Virus record (IMG/VR): IMGVR_UViG_2579779116_000010 | Location: 1 to 10,740 of that record | Direction: 5' to 3' (one strand) | DNA length: 10,740 nucleotides | From: a virus | Lineage: Duplodnaviria; Heunggongvirae; Uroviricota; Caudoviricetes | In this document: positions 6,058-10,740 of the stretch, piece by piece | Layout of the letters: the number at the start of each line of letters is the position of its first letter | Position numbering within the stretch: the first letter of the stretch is position 1 | The notes under the pieces: model-generated | Databases searched by the model: none | What the model was told of the DNA's origin: nothing | What the model saw: only the letters and a program-made list of their open reading frames with translations | Position numbers and translations under genes: made by a program

Positions 6058-6345
6058 TCAGAGAATGCGTTTGACCGCCTCGCTATATACTTCCGAGCGT
6101 TCTCTTTTCCCAACAGAAATCACGAAAACGACAACTTTCTCGTCTATAACCTGGTATACAAGGCGATAGCCTGAAGACCGGAGCTTAATCTTGTAACAAT
6201 CAGGCATACCACGGAGCTTGTTTGCTTCAATCCGGGGTGACTCAAGTACTTCAACCAGCTTCTTTTTCAACTGTTCACGTACCGTCGAGCCCAGCTTTCG
6301 CCATTCCTTTAGTGCCCGCTCGTCAAAATCCAGAAAATACGCCAT
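6058..6345 (-). CDS. relE: RelE mRNA-interferase toxin, 95 aa
   Basis: ORF-track ORF 6058..6345. MAYFLDFDERALKEWRKLGSTVREQLKKKLVEVLESPRIEANKLRGMPDCYKIKLRSSGYRLVYQVIDEKVVVFVISVGKRERSEVYSEAVKRIL is essentially the K-12 RelE sequence as I recall it. Its start overlaps the relB stop (TGATG). Confidence 0.92.
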   Translation of the reverse strand: MAYFLDFDERALKEWRKLGSTVREQLKKKLVEVLESPRIEANKLRGMPDCYKIKLRSSGYRLVYQVIDEKVVVFVISVGKRERSEVYSEAVKRIL

Positions 6346-6584
6346 CAGAGTTCATCCAGCGTCACACGTACTGGCTTAGGATTACGAAGCCGTTCTTTCA
6401 CTATCTCCACAAGTTCAGCATCTTCATCACTCAGGAGTGTCTGTTTGAACGGCAAGCGTTCATTGTCAGCGATATACTCGAGCATGAGACGAAGCGCTTC
6501 AGAAGGAGTTACACCCATTTTTTCAAGCGCGGCGTAAGAACGCGCTTTAAGTTCATCGTCAATACGCAGGTTAATGCTACCCAT
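6345..6584 (-). CDS. relB: RelB antitoxin, 79 aa
   Basis: ORF-track ORF 6345..6584. MGSINLRIDDELKARSYAALEKMGVTPSEALRLMLEYIADNERLPFKQTLLSDEDAELVEIVKERLRNPKPVRVTLDEL matches my recollection of K-12 RelB, with a ribbon-helix-helix N-terminus. Confidence 0.92.
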   Translation of the reverse strand: MGSINLRIDDELKARSYAALEKMGVTPSEALRLMLEYIADNERLPFKQTLLSDEDAELVEIVKERLRNPKPVRVTLDEL

Positions 6585-6596
6585 GTCTTACACCTC

Positions 6597-6648
6597 TTGT
6601 AATTACAAATGTCATTACAAGTATCGCACTACAACATGCTTAGGGCAA
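6597..6648 (-). promoter_or_regulatory. relBE promoter with relO operator (hexad repeats)
   Basis: Minus strand -35 TTGCCC (plus 6643-6648), 17-nt spacer, -10 GATACT (plus 6620-6625). Downstream lies TTGTAATGACATTTGTAATTACAAG (plus 6597-6621), containing TTGTAA/TTACAA-type hexads as described for the RelB operator. Confidence 0.7.
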
Positions 6649-6914
6649 GTCACGAAGGAAGTCAGAAAGTAGTCGTAAGAACGGTGATCACTGTCCGCTT
6701 TGTGCCAGGAGCAGCCATTGCTAAGTCCATCCTGTATTGTGCAGGTCAGCTCGTTTTTAAAGAGTCCGGCCATCATCTTACTGGTACAGACACCATATAC
6801 TTTGTGACGGTCAGGCTACATATGCACAACTCAACTTATTCATCTATTTTTTGCTTTAGCATGTCAGTGTTGCTTTCTCGTCGGCGGGTGAGCGGTGACC
6901 TGACCTGTCGATAA
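6609..6914 (+). CDS. ydfV: Doubtful ORF, 101 aa, in the position and size of K-12 ydfV
   Basis: ORF-track ORF 6609..6914. Same length as I recall for YdfV, between relB and flxA. It starts inside the relBE promoter/operator, has no convincing SD, and its composition is not protein-like (MSLQVSHYNMLRASHEGSQ...). Listed for completeness. Confidence 0.2.
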   Translation: MSLQVSHYNMLRASHEGSQKVVVRTVITVRFVPGAAIAKSILYCAGQLVFKESGHHLTGTDTIYFVTVRLHMHNSTYSSIFCFSMSVLLSRRRVSGDLTCR

Positions 6915-7066
6915 AGGAACGTAACACGTTTTATGCAACACCCGCATGCGGCAGAAAATTATTGCCGAACGTTTACCCCTGTCAACAAGCTTTACTTTCT
7001 GAGGCGCGCCAGCCCGCGAGGAAAACAATCTGAACATCAAACAATTAATGACACAAGAAATACGAT

Positions 7067-7093
7067 TAAAGATTTTTTTGTGCATGCCGATAG
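7067..7093 (+). promoter_or_regulatory. Sigma-28 (FliA) class 3 promoter of flxA
   Basis: TAAAGATT (7067-7074), 11-nt spacer, GCCGATAG (7086-7093), versus the consensus TAAAGTTT-N11-GCCGATAA. SD AAGGAG at 7105-7110, ATG at 7117. Confidence 0.75.
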
Positions 7094-7116
7094 TGCTTTT
7101 TTAAAAGGAGAAATCT

Positions 7117-7449
7117 ATGTCTGTCACAATTCAGGGAAATACCTCAACCGTTATTTCAAACAACTCCGCCCCGGAAGGAACATCAGAAATAGCCAAAATC
7201 ACAAGACAAATTCAGGTGCTGACTGAAAAGCTTGGGAAAATCTCATCGGAAGAGGGGATGACGACACAGCAGAAAAAAGAAATGGCTGCATTGGTACAGA
7301 AGCAAATTGAAAGCCTCTGGGCTCAACTGGAGCAGTTGTTAAGGCAGCAGGCAGAGAAAAAGAATGAAGACGCGACAGTTCAGCCTGATAAAAAAGAAGA
7401 GAAAAAAGACGATACAAATACCGCTGGCACCATTGATATTTACGTCTAA
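7117..7449 (+). CDS. flxA: FlxA, FliA-regulated protein of unknown function, 110 aa
   Basis: ORF-track ORF 7117..7449. Strong SD. Coiled-coil-like, Lys/Glu/Gln-rich sequence (MSVTIQGNTSTVISNNSAPEGTSEIAKITRQIQVLTEKLGK...). Position next to relB and the sigma-28 promoter match K-12 flxA as I recall it. Confidence 0.85.
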   Translation: MSVTIQGNTSTVISNNSAPEGTSEIAKITRQIQVLTEKLGKISSEEGMTTQQKKEMAALVQKQIESLWAQLEQLLRQQAEKKNEDATVQPDKKEEKKDDTNTAGTIDIYV

Positions 7450-7463
7450 GTGACAGCCGTATT

Positions 7464-7490
7464 GTGGCCCTCATCGGGCCACTTTTCGCC
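7464..7490 (+). terminator. Intrinsic terminator of flxA
   Basis: GTGGCCC (7464-7470), loop tcatc, GGGCCAC (7476-7482), then TTTT. Starts 15 nt after the flxA stop. Confidence 0.6.
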
Positions 7491-7759
7491 ATCAGCCTTT
7501 TCTTTAAAGACATATTATCTTTGTATCATTTCTGATAGTTAACATTACAAGATATAAGTAATGGACGCACTCCCAATTAGTCTATTTAAATCGCCACGAG
7601 TTTAACTGACAACCCATGATCAATTATGAATTGCAACTATTTCTGTAGTCACTTTTGTGGGGACAGTCCACAAAACTGCCAACTTCCGCTTCTTGCTCTT
7701 AGCGGACATTAGCATAGGCTATTTACCATAACGCCTCATTACGCGCACCGCCCAGACTG

Positions 7760-9270
7760 ACTCAGCGCGTTTCTGGCATATCCCCGGTAAAACAAGTAAC
7801 AAACCACCCGAAAATGAACACCAGAAACGCGACTTAAGAATCTACCCTATGAATGGATATGCACTCAACCGAATCGATCTTGGTTTCAATCTTTTTTATC
7901 GGGATCAGGCTTCTTTTTAGGTAACTTCGGGGGCTTAACTTGCTGATGACTTTGCGTTCGGCGCGTAAGCCAGGGATGGTCAGCTTTAGGTTTAACATAG
8001 TATTTTGAGCGTAAATCAATACGGGCATTATCCACTCGTTCATGGACACTCTTTTCATCATCCGGTGGTATAGGCTCCGGGCCATCAACATACTTTTCCC
8101 AGCCCAGCGCTTTCCCGTCATACAGAACGTTAATTTCACCGTCAAAGTTCTCGCATACAGTAACAACCGAATGCCTAAGTCGATATCCCCGGCCCTCACT
8201 GCGTACCTGAAACGCACTGCTTTTGTACTGGAAAGTGAGATTTTTAGACAGAACGCGCTTCGCCTGTAGGCTGAAGATATAACCCAGTTCCTCTTCAGAA
8301 TGGTGCACATCAAGATGAGCATTATCAGTAGTACGAGGCGACGTAGCGAACCGGTTGTTATAGGCTTCAATAAAGGTCGGCAACCATGCATTTGCTGTTT
8401 CAATATCACTGATATTCTGAAGCCGCATTTCTTTGACCAGCCTGTCCTGTAGTGTCTGATTGGCGCGCTCTACCCGCCCTTTTGCCTGCGGGCTGTTGGC
8501 ATGGATTGGCTCGATGCCCAGTGTCTTTATCGCACGAGTGAACTGGGTCAGCTCACCTTCCCGCTCTGGGTTATTTACCCTGAATATACTGTGTCTATCA
8601 GAGTAGAGAGCGAGCGGTACGCCATGATCATTAAGGTAACCCCGGAGGGTTTCCATGTAAGCCCGGGTTGTTTCAGCAGGCACAAAACGCAACGCCATCA
8701 ACGCACTGGTGGCATCATCAATGAAAACGATCAGTGTACATCTGGGGCCTCGATTTTCAAACCAGTCATGAGGTGAGCCATCAATCTGGATCAGTTCACC
8801 GTAAGATGGTCGTCGCATGCGGCGTTGATATATACGGGCAATTTTACGACGGCGTTCACGCCATAACCCCTCTTCTATCATCCACTTTCTGAGAGTTTCA
8901 ACGGATAAAGATAAACCGTGTATCTCGCGCAATTTTTCGCACGCAAACGTAGGTCCAAAATCAGCGTAACGGCCTTTGAGGAGTGAAATTACTGTTGCTC
9001 TGAATTCAGTAGAAAAGGAATTATTAGGACGCTTTCCACGTCGGTGGGAAACCAGACCAGAAGGCCCTTCATTTCTATACCGTTGCACCAGACGTTTAAC
9101 CTGCCGAATAGAAATGCCAATGCGTGCCGCAGCTTGTTCCTGAATAATCTGAAGTCGGTGGAGTTCCTTATGACTCATCGTAACAGTCTCTTTGATCATG
9201 AAAAATCCCCCAGAGAATTGTCTGGGGACATTTTAGAATGGTTCAAAGGGGACATTACAGCTTGGTGTTA
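7760..9270 (-). mobile_element. Insertion sequence carrying the DDE transposase; boundaries approximate
   Basis: Transposase gene plus flanking repeat-rich DNA: an 11-bp perfect inverted repeat CGCGTTTCTGG / CCAGAAACGCG at 7766-7776 and 7821-7831, and two GGGGACATT direct repeats at 9224-9232 and 9249-9257. I could not identify matching terminal inverted repeats or a target-site duplication. Confidence 0.3.
7886..9199 (-). CDS. DDE transposase (rve / integrase-core type, N-terminal HTH), 437 aa; IS481- or ISNCY-like, family not resolved
   Basis: ORF-track ORF 7886..9199. N-terminal HTH-like region (SHKELHRLQIIQEQAAARIGISIRQVKRLVQRY). Catalytic triad candidates are D in LIQIDGSPHDW, D in ALYSDRHSIF and E in GRVERANQTLQDR with basic residues after the E. 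Single long ORF with SD GGGGGA. Confidence 0.8.
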   Translation of the reverse strand: MIKETVTMSHKELHRLQIIQEQAAARIGISIRQVKRLVQRYRNEGPSGLVSHRRGKRPNNSFSTEFRATVISLLKGRYADFGPTFACEKLREIHGLSLSVETLRKWMIEEGLWRERRRKIARIYQRRMRRPSYGELIQIDGSPHDWFENRGPRCTLIVFIDDATSALMALRFVPAETTRAYMETLRGYLNDHGVPLALYSDRHSIFRVNNPEREGELTQFTRAIKTLGIEPIHANSPQAKGRVERANQTLQDRLVKEMRLQNISDIETANAWLPTFIEAYNNRFATSPRTTDNAHLDVHHSEEELGYIFSLQAKRVLSKNLTFQYKSSAFQVRSEGRGYRLRHSVVTVCENFDGEINVLYDGKALGWEKYVDGPEPIPPDDEKSVHERVDNARIDLRSKYYVKPKADHPWLTRRTQSHQQVKPPKLPKKKPDPDKKD

Positions 9271-9533
9271 ACAATAGCCTGCTTCTCCGTGCCTTTCGGC
9301 ACGTAAGAGGCTAACCTACATGTGTCTAGCATGAAATTGGCCTCAGATTAATGTTAAGCGTCTTGCAGGACGCGTAATGTTAACTGGGGCTTTTCTCTAT
9401 CTGCCGTTGGTGTCCATGCCCGAGGCAGATAGCCTCAAGCACCCGCAGTCATTCTACTTAACTAAGATTTCCCCGCAAACCGTTTTTGTCCAGCACAGTA
9501 AATATCCAACTAAACCAATGGAGTTCGCTGTAT

Positions 9534-9713
9534 TTACCGCCAGTATTCAATGCACATGACCGCCATGAACACCCCTAAAAAAAGGGCATTTATATATCCA
9601 AATATTAATATCAAAACATCAACTTTTTCCATATACCTTGCTGTGAAGATGATGGGCATACATGATGCGAACAACCAGAACGCAACAAACAAAAACTGCA
9701 ATGCGTTTTTCAT
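9534..9713 (-). CDS. Small two-helix membrane protein, 59 aa
   Basis: Part of ORF-track ORF 9534..9752, re-started at the internal ATG 9711-9713 because AGGAGG lies 4 nt upstream (GTAGGAGGAATA-ATG). MKNALQFLFVAFWLFASCMPIIFTARYMEKVDVLILIFGYINALFLGVFMAVMCIEYWR has two hydrophobic helices. Embedded in an AT-rich island. No family recognised. Confidence 0.45.
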   Translation of the reverse strand: MKNALQFLFVAFWLFASCMPIIFTARYMEKVDVLILIFGYINALFLGVFMAVMCIEYWR

Positions 9714-9967
9714 TATTCCTCCTACAATCAATGTGCAATTACATTTAAACACACCTCAATTTGGCCGGACATATAAATATCTAAACCAGAAAAAATCACT
9801 TACATAGCGTTACAAACTCTTTAGTCTAAAGGTTCATCGTAAAACATTCCCCATACTTATCAGTCCGTTCCGCGCCAGGTAGCTCATTGCCTTATCTGGC
9901 AACCTGTAATCAGGTTTCCGCTTTTTCAGTTGGCTGGTCGTTTAACCGACATAGTTAATCCATTAAT

Positions 9968-10255
9968 CTAGTTGCCGGATGTTGGTGGATTTTCGCGTTT
10001 TAGTTGTTCATAAAAGTGCACAGCTTTAACCAGTTCTTCTGATGTAACTGGGACTGGTGAGGCAGTGAATAAGGCCTGAATTTGATAGTTCGGCCTGTCG
10101 TTACAATCCTCTTTTTTCGGTACATATTTCCAGTCACCAGACCACTACTTCCCCTGAAAGTCCGTAACGCCTTTTTTCACGTAGCGATATCGCCATGCCA
10201 CTGGTTTTGCTTGCCCCGCCGTTTCATGCCCTTCCTGATAATTAATCTCGCTCAT
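9968..10255 (-). pseudogene. 95-codon gene interrupted by an in-frame TAG at codon 37 (36-aa ORF, then a 58-codon open continuation)
   Basis: ATG at 10253-10255 overlaps the upstream stop as ATGA. MSEINYQEGHETAGQAKPVAWRYRYVKKGVTDFQGK-TAG-WSGDWKYVPKKEDCNDRPNYQIQALFTASPVPVTSEELVKAVHFYEQLKRENPPTSGN-TAG. The TAG is at plus 10145-10147. Confidence 0.35.
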
Positions 10256-10443
10256 TCATCGCCCCACTCATCACAATATGCTTCGACCGGAGTTTTTCCC
10301 GCTTCATAGTCATCACGCTAGGATTCGACATCAGCAGCACTTCCACCGCGTAACTCACCATAGTCCATTAATAGTTCATCCCGCTCTTCAAAACTGATGT
10401 TATATTTAGCTGAACAAAAATCAGCCACTTTGTTCTTCCTCAT
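10252..10443 (-). pseudogene. 63-codon acidic gene interrupted by an in-frame TAG at codon 42; its final stop overlaps the start of the next gene
   Basis: ATG at 10441-10443. MRKNKVADFCSAKYNISFEERDELLMDYGELRGGSAADVES-TAG-RDDYEAGKTPVEAYCDEWGDE-TGA. The TAG is at plus 10318-10320. The terminal TGA (10252-10254) overlaps the downstream ATG as ATGA. Confidence 0.3.
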
Positions 10444-10492
10444 CGTCTTTTATTTCGTGGTATGAGTAATTGCAGTAGTTAAAGAAAATTTC

Positions 10493-10603
10493 TTATGCTC
10501 CGTCATGAATTTCCTCAGGTGTTGCGTCATCGTCCACTTCGAATACATCCTCAAAATCTCCACCAGCTATTCCCGTTTCAATAATAATTTTGAACTTTCG
10601 CAT
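10493..10603 (-). CDS. Short acidic ORF, 36 aa
   Basis: ATG at 10601-10603. MRKFKIIIETGIAGGDFEDVFEVDDDATPEEIHDGA. An AGGAGG lies 24 nt upstream, with a 6-bp GC hairpin (CCGCCC-gaaa-GGGCGG, plus 10611-10626) in between. Coding status uncertain. Confidence 0.2.
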   Translation of the reverse strand: MRKFKIIIETGIAGGDFEDVFEVDDDATPEEIHDGA

Positions 10604-10740
10604 TTCACTACCGCCCTTTCGGGCGGCCTCCTGATGTTCTGAGGGTGCAGAAATCCATCCGGTTAAGGATTAAATTTTATTTACAGAACTGAATTTAACT
10701 ATTCAGATATACGTATCTGTGATCTTACCCAGCAATAGTG

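Larger units (their letters stand above)
1..10740. mobile_element. Segment of a lambdoid (Qin-like) prophage: late/lysis region, nin region, relBE-hokD, flxA, IS insertion
   Basis: Contiguous phage-type gene order on the minus strand (RusA, Q-like gene, pR'/tR' module, phage-type tRNA pair, holin-like genes plus endolysin) together with relB-relE-hokD and flxA, which I recall as Qin prophage genes of E. coli K-12. No prophage end (att site or integrase) is visible in the window. Confidence 0.8.

Noticed and set aside
5853-6602. Plus-strand ORFs 5853..6074, 5975..6169 and 6222..6602
   Set aside because: Antisense to hokD, relE and relB, whose translations match known proteins. A Sok-like antisense RNA is possible, but these protein ORFs are not credible.
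6864-7513. ORFs 6864..7085 (-), 6933..7226 (+) and 7199..7513 (-)
   Set aside because: They overlap the flxA promoter or are antisense or out of frame to flxA. No RBS.
7834-9271. ORFs overlapping the transposase gene (7834..8409 -, 8042..8269 +, 8501..8776 +, 9044..9271 +)
   Set aside because: Alternative-frame or antisense overlaps of a 437-aa ORF that has a clear DDE signature. A programmed frameshift product cannot be fully excluded for 7834..8409, but there is no slippery-site evidence.
9377-9807. Plus-strand ORFs 9377..9559 and 9550..9807
   Set aside because: The first runs through the palindrome cluster. The second is antisense to the small membrane-protein gene and is Asn/Ile-rich from AT-rich DNA. 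Neither has an SD.
10082-10309. Plus-strand ORF 10082..10309 (75 aa)
   Set aside because: Antisense to the amber-interrupted minus-strand genes. Pro/Phe-rich, implausible composition.
10688-10705. Inverted repeat CTGAAT-ttaact-ATTCAG, considered as a LexA box
   Set aside because: The spacing (CTG-N12-CAG) and flanking bases do not fit the LexA consensus CTGT-N8-ACAG. It may still be an operator of unknown specificity, but it is too close to the window edge to assess.
1-10740. CRISPR arrays, rRNA genes and toxin cargo (stxAB-like) despite the Stx-phage-like Q-tRNA scaffold
   Set aside because: No regularly spaced direct repeats. No rRNA-like conserved blocks. No AB5-toxin-sized ORF pair with signal peptides in the slot after the tRNAs.

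Overview
The whole window lies inside a lambdoid prophage of an Escherichia-like enterobacterium. It resembles the Qin cryptic prophage neighbourhood of E. coli K-12 (hokD-relE-relB next to flxA), recognised from memory of those proteins, but the late region differs. Nearly all genes are on the minus strand. In transcription order (high to low coordinates) they are relB-relE-hokD, an AT-rich lipoprotein moron flanked by terminators, a small unknown ORF, a DUF968/HNH-like protein, RusA resolvase, a Q-like late antiterminator with a pR'-like promoter and tR'-like terminator, a tRNA-Ile2(CAU)/tRNA-Arg(UCU) pair, a ~1.3 kb ORF-poor cargo slot, and a lysis cassette ending in an M15-peptidase endolysin truncated at the window edge. 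On the plus strand is flxA with a near-consensus sigma-28 promoter. Right of flxA sit a DDE transposase (IS, ends unresolved), a small two-helix membrane protein gene, and short minus-strand ORFs, two of which carry in-frame TAG codons yet keep translational coupling. No CRISPR array, rRNA or toxin cargo was seen. The best candidates for something undescribed are a terminator-insulated putative small RNA in the slot where Shiga-toxin phages carry stx, the lipoprotein moron, and the amber-interrupted coupled genes. Nothing here could be checked against a database, so all homology calls rest on motifs and recollection.
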